Source: an uncultured Bacteroidota bacterium
GTDB lineage: Bacteria > Bacteroidota > Bacteroidia > Bacteroidales > GCA-2748055
Reading direction: 5' to 3'
Assembly (NCBI GenBank): GCA_963783435.1
Contig: CAWANQ010000013.1
Span: forward strand, 7,426-71,425
Length of the DNA stretch: 64,000 bases
The notes beneath the pieces are model-generated. The model was given only the letters and a program-made list of their open reading frames with translations, was not told the origin of the DNA and did no database searches. Made by a program: the position numbers and the translations under genes. This document shows, in pieces, positions 39,332-47,523 of the stretch (positions are counted from its first letter, which is position 1; each line of letters begins with the position of its first letter).

Positions 39332-40021
39332 ATGGTAAAAATTTCAGAAGAGGTTATAGCTGTGGTGCAAGCTTGCCCGCTATTTACAGGATTAAGCAGG
39401 GAAGAGCTCTCCGTTTTGTTGGAAAACTCATTCTGCCGGATCAGATCATTTGGTAAGGGAGAACTGGTGGCTGTAGCTGGCGATGAGTTAGGTTTTATGC
39501 ACATTGTTGTGGAAGGACTTGTGACAGGGGAGATGGTGGATTTTGCCGGTAAGGTGATTAAGATTGAGGACATCGAGCCCCCCCGCCCGCTGGCACCGGC
39601 CTTTCTTTTTGGAGAGCAAAATAGGTACCCTGTGAATATTACCGCTGGTTCTGACGTTAAAATCCTCTCCATTCCCAGGGACGAATTCCTGAAGATGATG
39701 CAAAGCAGTGAGCGGGTCCTCAGAAGCTTCGTTAATATTGTTTCCAGCAGGGGTCAGTTCCTTTCAAATAAGATCAGATTTCTCTCTTTTACCACCATCA
39801 AAGGTAAACTGGCACAGTACTTGCTCGATCTGTCTAAAAAAAGAGGATTGGGACCTTTTCAGTTATCACATTCTCAGGCTCAACTTTCCGAACTGTTTGG
39901 TGTAGCACGTCCTTCTGTGGGCAGGGCCATCAGTGAATTGAACCAGGAGGGTATTATCCGGACCGAAGGTAAGCAGGTGCAAATTCTGGACCTGGCCAAA
40001 CTCTCCGCTCTGCTCAAATAG
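39332..40021 (+). CDS. Crp/Fnr family transcriptional regulator
   Basis: 229 aa with an N-terminal cNMP-binding-like domain. The C-terminal HTH is SHSQAQLSELFGVARPSVGRAISELNQEGII. Confidence 0.8.
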   Translation: MVKISEEVIAVVQACPLFTGLSREELSVLLENSFCRIRSFGKGELVAVAGDELGFMHIVVEGLVTGEMVDFAGKVIKIEDIEPPRPLAPAFLFGEQNRYPVNITAGSDVKILSIPRDEFLKMMQSSERVLRSFVNIVSSRGQFLSNKIRFLSFTTIKGKLAQYLLDLSKKRGLGPFQLSHSQAQLSELFGVARPSVGRAISELNQEGIIRTEGKQVQILDLAKLSALLK

Positions 40022-40087
40022 TGTAACTTCCACATATTATGCATGAACTTTCATATGGGAAGAGCCAGACAGAATGTCCTGACGCAC

Positions 40088-41965
40088 TTACCAACTAAAA
40101 TCTACTCCATAGGCGGCAGCATCAACCTCCCACTTTTCCAATAACCATTTGCTAACCCGGGCATCATATTGCCGGTTCAATGTCTCGTAACCTGCTAAAA
40201 TTCCTAAACATCCATCTAAAAATTCCTCAGCGGTTCCATTCATATGGTCTATGCTGTTTAAGGCGAAGGTTCGTGCCATGGGGTATTCGCAATCCAGAAC
40301 CCGGTTCATGGCCTTTACGGCCACCTCTTTATAACCCATTCTATAAAGGCTTTCTGCCGCAACCACACTCACATTCCAGGATTCATCAAATGCTGCATTT
40401 TCAAGGGCATCAACTGCGCCAATGGCGTCATCTCCAAGCAAGAGCAATCCCTGAGCTCCCCAGTATCTAATGGCTCCATCGTTATTACTTAAAAATTGGA
40501 CAAGCTTGTCAAGATTCTGGGGATTGGTTTCTGAGGCCAACCATGCTGCATCCATCATGGCATCATGATCCATCCCCTCCCTTCTCATATAATCATAAAT
40601 GGGCATGTCGGCCGCCCTGATGCTTCGATCAGCTTCAGGAATATAGCCTGCATCTTTCATGGATGCTCCCATTTTCTGAATGGCACTCCTCATGGTAACC
40701 AGCCTGTCGGCATGGGCCGGATCGCCAGCCAGGTTGTGGATTTCCCAGGGATCATTTTCTGTATCATACAGCTCCTCCACAGGTTTGGTTTTCCAGAACC
40801 TGGATTGTACTTCATTGCACTGGCCTGTTTTATAGGCATGCTCCCAGGAAGGCATCGAAGGTGCCCTCCAGAGGTATTCCAGGTGCTGCATGTAGATCCT
40901 GTTTGGGTTAAAATTTCTTGTGTACCTGTATTGCCTGTCTACAATGGAACGCGACATATCGTACCTTCCATCCATCCGATCTCTGAACATGTAGACGTAC
41001 TCAGGCTCTTCTCTCTGGTAATCCCCCAGGATGGCACTTCCCTGCATATATTCGGGCGCATCCATGCCTATGAGACTCAACAGGGTGGGTGCCAGATCTA
41101 CAAAACTCACCAGCCGTTCTACTTTTGATCCTGGTTTGGAGGCTGGATACAAGTTTTTATATTTTTCAGGGACCCTGATAATCATGGGGACATGGGTTCC
41201 AGTCTCAAAGAGGTACCTCTTGCTCCGGCCCAGCACCCCGCCGTGATCGCCGTAGTAAAAAACAATGGTATTCTCTGCAAGTCCTGCCTCTTCAAGTTGC
41301 TTCAGGATATCTCCTACCTGGGCATCCATATCTTCTACCTTATCGTAATACTGGGCCCAATCATGCCTCATCTCAGGAGTATCGGGATGATAGGGGGGGA
41401 GGGTCACATCTTCGGGACGATGCCTGAGTTGATCAGATGGGATGGATTTGTGGATGGAACTTTCATGACTGGTGGTGAAATTGAAGATGGCGAAAAAGGG
41501 CTGATCTTCGCCCCGCTTATTGAAATGGGCCTCGGTTCCGTTTTCATCCCACATGGTTTCCAGGTCAATGGGGCTGGTGTTATAGTCATTTTTGCTGTTA
41601 TTGGTGCAGTAATACCCTTTGTCCTTCAGAAATTCGGTGTAGAACCTTACAGTTTCAGACTTTGCATAGCTACTTCGCATCTGTTCATTTCCGTTGGAAC
41701 AGGCGTGAACACCTGTGATTAATGTGTTGCGGGCAGGTGCACAAACTGGAGCATTGGCATATGCATTTGTATAGAGAAATCCTTCAGAGGCCAGCTGATC
41801 CAGATTGGGAGTGGTGGCAAATTCATCCCCGTAACAACCCAGTAAGGGACTGTTATCCTCACTGGTAATCCAGAGAATATTTGGCAGGTCGGATTGCCCT
41901 TTTTCACAGGCTGAAACCAATAAAGCAAGTAAAATTAATGGCAGAAAAATATTCTTAAGTTTCAT
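40088..41965 (-). CDS. Formylglycine-dependent sulfatase fused to a C-terminal HEAT-repeat domain
   Basis: 625 aa with a signal/lipobox (LLVSAC). The sulfatase signature is CAPARNTLITG. The C-terminal ~150 aa have HEAT/PBS-lyase-like repeats (DGAIRYWGAQGLLLLG, NVSVVAAESLYRMG). Confidence 0.75.
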   Translation of the reverse strand: MKLKNIFLPLILLALLVSACEKGQSDLPNILWITSEDNSPLLGCYGDEFATTPNLDQLASEGFLYTNAYANAPVCAPARNTLITGVHACSNGNEQMRSSYAKSETVRFYTEFLKDKGYYCTNNSKNDYNTSPIDLETMWDENGTEAHFNKRGEDQPFFAIFNFTTSHESSIHKSIPSDQLRHRPEDVTLPPYHPDTPEMRHDWAQYYDKVEDMDAQVGDILKQLEEAGLAENTIVFYYGDHGGVLGRSKRYLFETGTHVPMIIRVPEKYKNLYPASKPGSKVERLVSFVDLAPTLLSLIGMDAPEYMQGSAILGDYQREEPEYVYMFRDRMDGRYDMSRSIVDRQYRYTRNFNPNRIYMQHLEYLWRAPSMPSWEHAYKTGQCNEVQSRFWKTKPVEELYDTENDPWEIHNLAGDPAHADRLVTMRSAIQKMGASMKDAGYIPEADRSIRAADMPIYDYMRREGMDHDAMMDAAWLASETNPQNLDKLVQFLSNNDGAIRYWGAQGLLLLGDDAIGAVDALENAAFDESWNVSVVAAESLYRMGYKEVAVKAMNRVLDCEYPMARTFALNSIDHMNGTAEEFLDGCLGILAGYETLNRQYDARVSKWLLEKWEVDAAAYGVDFSW

Positions 41966-42030
41966 GGATTGGAATTTTGGGAAAACAACATCGCCTGTGA
42001 ATTTAGGATTTATTTAAACTGTGCGTAAGA

Positions 42031-43529
42031 CCCCTTCACTTCAGGTAGGGGATGTAAGCACATATCTAATTTTTCTTAAATATACTTCGATAAATTGTAA
42101 AGAATGACATAAACACAAGGGAAAGGCTTTTCCTAATCGCAAATCGAACTCTGGAAACCAATATAATTTCGGATCACAATTGGGACTTGTAAATCACTCA
42201 TAAAGAGAATATAACATGTCATAAAACTTGTATAAAACCACTGTTTTTCGTATATTAAAGAGTGAAACAGACAGTCCGAAAAGCATATAAAGTAAGCCTG
42301 AAGACCAATCAGGATATTGAAACAAATCTTGTTCGTTTTTGCGGCTCTGCCAGGTTTGTGTGGAATAAGAGTTTGGCCATGAACCTGGAACGCCTAGAGA
42401 ACAAACAGAAGATACTCTGGTACCAGGAGATGGCTTTCTGGCTGACCCTATGGAAACGATCCGAGGAGTATGGTTTTTTAAAGGAGTGTCCCTCCCAGGT
42501 ATTGCAACAAAAGCTGAAGGATCTGGAAAGAGCATTCAAAGATGGCTTTGATAGTGGTCAGCCCATAAAGCTTATGCCTGTGTTTAAGAGAAGAGGATTG
42601 AATGAGGGTATACGTTTCCCCCAGGGTTTTAAACTCAATAACCGAAGGATCTTCCTGCCAAAGATTGGATGGATAGGCTTTCACAAGAGTTGTGATATCA
42701 AGGGAACGATAAAGAATATCACAATTACAAGCAAAGGAGGCAGGTGGTATGCCTCGATCCAGGTGGAGCAGATGATTGACATAGGGAAACATACTTCTGA
42801 TTCGGAGATAGGGATTGATGCAGGGATAAAGTGCTTTGCAGCCTTTTCTGACGGGACCATGATAGAGGGTGTACATAGTTTCAGAAGGCATGAACAGAAA
42901 CTGGCCAGGGAACAGCGGAAACTGTCAAGGAAAAAGAGAGGATCCAAGAACTGGAAGAAGCAGAGAAGAACAATAGCAAAGCTACATCATAGGACAGCGA
43001 ATGTACGATCAGATTACCTTCACAAACTGAGTACGGATATCAGCAAAAACCACGCTAAGGTATTTGTGGAAAAGTTACAGATCAAAAACATGAGTGCATC
43101 TGCAAAGGGGAGCAACCAAGAGCCTGGCAAGAATGTGAAAGCAAAGGCAGGATTAAACAAATCGATCCTTGACCAGGGGTGGTTTGAGCTTCGGCGTCAG
43201 CTAAATTACAAGCTCTTCTGGATGGGAGGAATGCTGGCTGAAGTAAACCCGAGGAATACCTCACAACAATGCTCGGATTGTGGGCATGTGGAAAAAGAGA
43301 ACAGGATCTCTCAGGAGGTTTTCAGGTGTAAGGCGTGTGGGTATGAGGAACATGCAGATATAAATGCTGCAAAGAATATTAAAACCGTCGGGCAGACGGG
43401 AATGGCCTGTCAAGCGAATCGCATAAGCGGTCGGCAGCAGGAACCAGCAGGAACCCGTGAGGAAGTACTGCCCGTGGCTTCGTAGAAGCCAATGGATTCC
43501 CTTTCATTTTAGGGAAGGGAGGATGTCAA
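42031..43529 (+). mobile_element. IS200/IS605-family tnpB-only element (IS1341-like). The ends are approximate.
   Basis: Imperfect subterminal hairpins lie at 42031-42051 (CCCCT..AGGGG) and 43498-43520 (TCCCTTTC..GGGAAGGGA). Each is followed by GGATGT. A TCAA lies at 43526-43529. The tnpB ORF sits between the hairpins. No Y1 tnpA is present in the window. Confidence 0.6.
42262..43485 (+). CDS. tnpB: TnpB (IS605 OrfB-type RNA-guided RuvC nuclease)
   Basis: 407 aa with a GTG start. The RuvC triad candidates are D186 (IGIDAGIK), E270 (VFVEKLQIKNM) and D366 (HADINAAKNI). The zinc finger is CSDCGH...CKACGY. Confidence 0.85.
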   Translation: MKQTVRKAYKVSLKTNQDIETNLVRFCGSARFVWNKSLAMNLERLENKQKILWYQEMAFWLTLWKRSEEYGFLKECPSQVLQQKLKDLERAFKDGFDSGQPIKLMPVFKRRGLNEGIRFPQGFKLNNRRIFLPKIGWIGFHKSCDIKGTIKNITITSKGGRWYASIQVEQMIDIGKHTSDSEIGIDAGIKCFAAFSDGTMIEGVHSFRRHEQKLAREQRKLSRKKRGSKNWKKQRRTIAKLHHRTANVRSDYLHKLSTDISKNHAKVFVEKLQIKNMSASAKGSNQEPGKNVKAKAGLNKSILDQGWFELRRQLNYKLFWMGGMLAEVNPRNTSQQCSDCGHVEKENRISQEVFRCKACGYEEHADINAAKNIKTVGQTGMACQANRISGRQQEPAGTREEVLPVAS

Positions 43530-43608
43530 TTTGTTGAGCTGACAACCCTGCTCAGAAATTACTGTCTTTAAAAGTAAATAATCCTGAAATACTGAATATA
43601 CACCTGTT

Positions 43609-44856
43609 ATGAAAAAAATAGTTGCAACATTTCTGGCCACTCTGATTTTTGGAACTCTGATGTTGGCCCAGGAAGATACCGTAGCATACGAGCGCCGTCC
43701 TTTTCAAATGACCTTCTTCTTTCCTCCATTGAGTACCAATGGAGCCAATAACGGGAATATCGTAAATGATGTTTCATTAAACCTCTTTTTAGGAGTATCC
43801 GGAGGCGTAGAGGCATTTGAAGGAGGATTATTTATGAATATAGATAAATACTACATGCATGGAGCTCAGCTGGCTGGATTTGGAAATGTTGTGGGTACAG
43901 ATGTCAGAGGATTTCAGGGGGCCGGATTTGTGAATGTCACCGGCACACATGTGTTAGGTGCGCAAGGGGCTGGTTTTGTAAATGTAGCCGGAGGCAATAT
44001 TACAGGGGCTCAGGGAGCCGGATTTGTAAATGTGGCAGGAGGTAAAACCACCGGGGCACAGCTGGCAGGTTTTGTAAATGTAAACGGAGATACCCTCACC
44101 GGTTTTCAGGGTGCCGGTTTTTTGAACGTTTCCGGAAAGTCAAAGAACGGAGTTCAGGCCGCCGGGTTTGGAAATGTGCTTTCTAAGGGCCATGCAAATT
44201 TTCAGGGAGCCGGCTTTTTTAATGTGGCAGATGAAATAGAAGGTGTCCAGGGGGCCGGATTTTTTAATGTGGCCGGAAAGGTGAAGGGCGTGCAACTGGC
44301 AGGTTTCTTAAATATATGTGATTCCATTGAAGGGGTACCCCTGGCCCTAATCAGTGTAGTGAAAAAGAATGGATACCGAAAACTCAGTTTGAGCGTAAGT
44401 GAGATCCAGTACGTCAACGTGGCCTTCAAGATGGGAGTCAAGCATCTGTATAACATCTACTCTTTTGGAAAGCCGTTTGGCCCAGCCAGTCGATGGATGT
44501 TTGGTGGTGGACTAGGTGGAGAAATCGATCTTAGTGAGAAAATGATGCTTAATATTGAAGGGACCGTTCAACAGGAGCTATGGATTGGCAACTCAGCTGC
44601 CCCGAATTTCCTCTATATTGACAGACTCAATCTCTATACAAGCGTGAAGGCATTGTTTGGTTGGAATGTGGATGATAAGGTTGATCTGCAAGTGGGGCCC
44701 ACTTTTAATCTCTCTGTGGCCCATTCAAATCCCGATTTTGGAGTATTGGAATGGAACCAGATCCCCCGCTATTCCTTCTACAATCGCACAAATTCAAATT
44801 ATGAGCAGACCAATGTTCAGATGTGGGTAGGACTCCAGGGTAGCATTACCTTTTAA
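43609..44856 (+). CDS. Secreted repeat protein (~10 units of a 14-17-aa G-x-Q-G/L-A-G-F-x-N-V motif) with a beta-barrel-like C-terminal half
   Basis: It has a signal peptide. The repeats span nt 43861-44343 with a mainly 48-nt period. The C-terminus ends GLQGSITF, an aromatic terminus typical of outer-membrane proteins. Confidence 0.55.
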   Translation: MKKIVATFLATLIFGTLMLAQEDTVAYERRPFQMTFFFPPLSTNGANNGNIVNDVSLNLFLGVSGGVEAFEGGLFMNIDKYYMHGAQLAGFGNVVGTDVRGFQGAGFVNVTGTHVLGAQGAGFVNVAGGNITGAQGAGFVNVAGGKTTGAQLAGFVNVNGDTLTGFQGAGFLNVSGKSKNGVQAAGFGNVLSKGHANFQGAGFFNVADEIEGVQGAGFFNVAGKVKGVQLAGFLNICDSIEGVPLALISVVKKNGYRKLSLSVSEIQYVNVAFKMGVKHLYNIYSFGKPFGPASRWMFGGGLGGEIDLSEKMMLNIEGTVQQELWIGNSAAPNFLYIDRLNLYTSVKALFGWNVDDKVDLQVGPTFNLSVAHSNPDFGVLEWNQIPRYSFYNRTNSNYEQTNVQMWVGLQGSITF

Positions 44857-45006
44857 GCGCTTTGTTTTCAGGATTAAAGTCCCTGAGCTCTCTTTTTTCT
44901 GTGCTTGTCGTCAAAGTAAAGCACGGCCCGGAGGGCCAGGGACCTTATACGCTCCATGAAGTATGTAGAAATTTCGTAGCTTAGATCAATTTTAAATAAG
45001 ACCGGC

Positions 45007-45630
45007 ATGCGACAAAAGATCAACATCAGTCAGTGGAAAAGAAAGGAGATTTACCATTTTTTCAAAGATTACGAGGAGCCCTACTACGGGATAGCCATGA
45101 ACCTGGAATGCTCAAGGGCCTTTGAATATGCAAAAGAGCAGAAAATTTCATTCTTCCTCTACTACCTTTATTTGATCCTGAAGGCGGTCAATCAGACAGA
45201 AGCATTTAAGTATCGCATTGAAGGTGATGAACTTTACCTGTATGATGTGGTGAACGGATCTGCCACCATTGACCGGGACGATGGCACCTTTGGTTTCTCT
45301 TACATTCCCTACTTTGAGGATCTTGCTCTTTTCCTGGATAAAGCCACTGAAGAGATTATTGACGTCAGAATGTCCGATCGGCTCATCAAAAGTGAGCTTG
45401 GAGAGAATATCATCCACTTTTCGTCACTGCCCTGGATTCAGTTCACCCACGTAAGTCATCCCAGGAGATATAGCCGGAGGGACTCCATTCCTAAGATTAC
45501 TGTAGGGAAATACTTTCTGAAGGAGAAAAAAAGAATGATCCCCGTCTCTGTTCATGTGAATCATGCGGTGGCAGACGGACTCCATGTTGGGCAATTTTTT
45601 GAGACCCTTCAGAAACTGTTTAATCAGTAA
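45007..45630 (+). CDS. Type-A chloramphenicol acetyltransferase (CAT) family protein
   Basis: 207 aa. The N-terminus is INISQWKRKEIYHFF. The active-site region VHVNHAVADGLHVGQFF compares with the classical HHAVCDGFH. Confidence 0.7.
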   Translation: MRQKINISQWKRKEIYHFFKDYEEPYYGIAMNLECSRAFEYAKEQKISFFLYYLYLILKAVNQTEAFKYRIEGDELYLYDVVNGSATIDRDDGTFGFSYIPYFEDLALFLDKATEEIIDVRMSDRLIKSELGENIIHFSSLPWIQFTHVSHPRRYSRRDSIPKITVGKYFLKEKKRMIPVSVHVNHAVADGLHVGQFFETLQKLFNQ

Positions 45631-45647
45631 TAAACCCGGTCAGCGGA

Positions 45648-46337
45648 TCACAGGGATGAGAACCTTTGAATCAGCTCCTCACGGTTGGGCGGACTCACCG
45701 AAATGCTATGTTCACCAACCTTTACCTGATTTCCTTCGATGAATTCAATGTGAGTCAGATTCACCAAATAGGATTTATGGATTCGCATAAACTCCTCTTC
45801 CGGCAACGATTCTAAAATGCTTTTTAAAGTCTGGTGAACCACCAGCATTTTGTCCACCAGGTGGACCTTAATGTAATCGCCCTGTCCCTCTATATATTGT
45901 ATTTCTGAAAAGCCAAGGGCATATATCTTTTTATCGGCTTTGACAACAATTTTCCGGGAGATATCTCCTTCTGTATTTAGCTCCAGAAGTCTTTCATTGG
46001 CCCTGTTTACTGCTTTTAAGAACCGTTCAAATGAGTAGGGTTTCACCAGGTAGTCCAATGCATTCAATTCAAACCCTTCCACGGCATATTCTGGGTAGGC
46101 GGTGGTGAATATGATCAAAGGTGAAACTGTAAGCGACCTTGCAAATGAGATCCCCGATAGTCCGGGCATATTGATATCCAGGAATAGCAGGTCAACCTGT
46201 TCTGTGTTCAAAAAATCGGTAGCCTCAAAGGCATTGTGACACTCTGCCAGCAGGGTCAGATCTTTTAGCTCCCCAATGTATTTTCTGAGTACGTCCCTGG
46301 AGAGGGGCTCATCATCTATGATTATGCAGGTGGCCAT
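45648..46337 (-). CDS. LytTR-family two-component response regulator
   Basis: 229 aa. The receiver domain has DLLFLDINMPGLSG. The C-terminal LytTR pattern is IQYIEGQGDYIKVH...HKSYLVNLTHI. Confidence 0.8.
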   Translation of the reverse strand: MATCIIIDDEPLSRDVLRKYIGELKDLTLLAECHNAFEATDFLNTEQVDLLFLDINMPGLSGISFARSLTVSPLIIFTTAYPEYAVEGFELNALDYLVKPYSFERFLKAVNRANERLLELNTEGDISRKIVVKADKKIYALGFSEIQYIEGQGDYIKVHLVDKMLVVHQTLKSILESLPEEEFMRIHKSYLVNLTHIEFIEGNQVKVGEHSISVSPPNREELIQRFSSL

Positions 46338-46339
46338 AT

Positions 46340-47401
46340 TTATTCGTTTAGATCCAATTCAAGTTTTACCACAAAAGATTTGTCTTTCTTGCCAATGGAG
46401 AGGCTGTGTTTGCCTGGATAAAGCAATTCCAGCCGCTGCCTGGTATTCTCGATCCCAATCCCTTTTTTCTCCTTTTGTCGAAGGGCATCCGACTCACCCA
46501 GGTTGTTTTTAATCTGAAACATAAATTTGCAGGAATCCACTTCTATATATATATGGACAAAGGCATCATGAGGAGATCCCTGGAGCCCATGCTTGAAACC
46601 GTTTTCGATAAAAGGTATTAGAAGCATAGGTGCAATCATACATCCCCGGGATTCCCCTTCCATCTCAAGTTTGATTTCAGCACGGTCGGGATCTACCCTG
46701 TGTCGGTGTATCTCTACATAATCGGTGACCATCTCCAACTCCTTCTCCAGTTTTACCCGGGGTTGCTCCGTCTCATAAAGCGTATATTTGAGAATGTCAG
46801 CAAGTTGAAGTAAAACCCTGGGGGTTTGATCCGATTTCTCAATGGACAGTGCGTAGATAGACTGAAGGCTGTTGAGCAGAAAATGCGGATTGATCTGGGA
46901 TTGTAAAGATTTCAACTGATGACTGGTGGTCATGCGTTCTACCCGGAGGAGCATAAACCAGCTTCGTGACAGTTTCAACAGGGTGGTCAGTATCAAAAAA
47001 GTACCTGTAAACACCATCAGGATGTACACATTGTAGTACGAGATAAAATAGTAGTTTGGGAGTAACAGGTCGATCAGGCTCTCGAATAGGAAGTAGAGAA
47101 AGATTGCTCCTGCTGCAATCAGAATCAGGATGAATAGTGTATAGAGGAGATATTTCTCTTTCCGAAGGAACCTGGGGACAAGCAGATAGAGGTTCAGATA
47201 AACGATGCAGGCAAGAGGAAGTGTAAAGATAAGGGTGTAGATCACATCAATCTTCTCAGGCGACCCTGAATCTTTAAAAATATTGAGCAGTACAAAAAGT
47301 GCTATAGTCCAGAAAATGAGGTGTTGCCACCATCTGTTTCGAAAGATTATCAGGTCGGTAAGACTGACTTTCCCATGGCTGATTTTTAATAGCCTGCTCA
47401 T
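46340..47401 (-). CDS. LytS/YehU-type sensor histidine kinase
   Basis: 353 aa with N-terminal TM helices. The His_kinase motif is QINPHFLLNSLQSIYAL and an HATPase region is present. It lies 2 nt upstream of the response regulator. Confidence 0.8.
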   Translation of the reverse strand: MSRLLKISHGKVSLTDLIIFRNRWWQHLIFWTIALFVLLNIFKDSGSPEKIDVIYTLIFTLPLACIVYLNLYLLVPRFLRKEKYLLYTLFILILIAAGAIFLYFLFESLIDLLLPNYYFISYYNVYILMVFTGTFLILTTLLKLSRSWFMLLRVERMTTSHQLKSLQSQINPHFLLNSLQSIYALSIEKSDQTPRVLLQLADILKYTLYETEQPRVKLEKELEMVTDYVEIHRHRVDPDRAEIKLEMEGESRGCMIAPMLLIPFIENGFKHGLQGSPHDAFVHIYIEVDSCKFMFQIKNNLGESDALRQKEKKGIGIENTRQRLELLYPGKHSLSIGKKDKSFVVKLELDLNE

Positions 47402-47523
47402 ATTGAGTGTTCAATTTAAGAAATTCATGACGGGTGGAAAATAAATTCGATGAAAGCGGGTGTTTGATCGGTGAAACGAAAAAATTAGCTTTGTGAGCTT
47501 AATCCTTACAATATAGACAAGCC

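Noticed and set aside
39211-39672. 153-aa minus-strand ORF overlapping the 5' half of the Crp/Fnr gene
   Set aside because: It is a low-complexity Ser/Thr/Pro-rich translation. It overlaps a well-supported regulator ORF with cNMP-binding and HTH motifs on the other strand.
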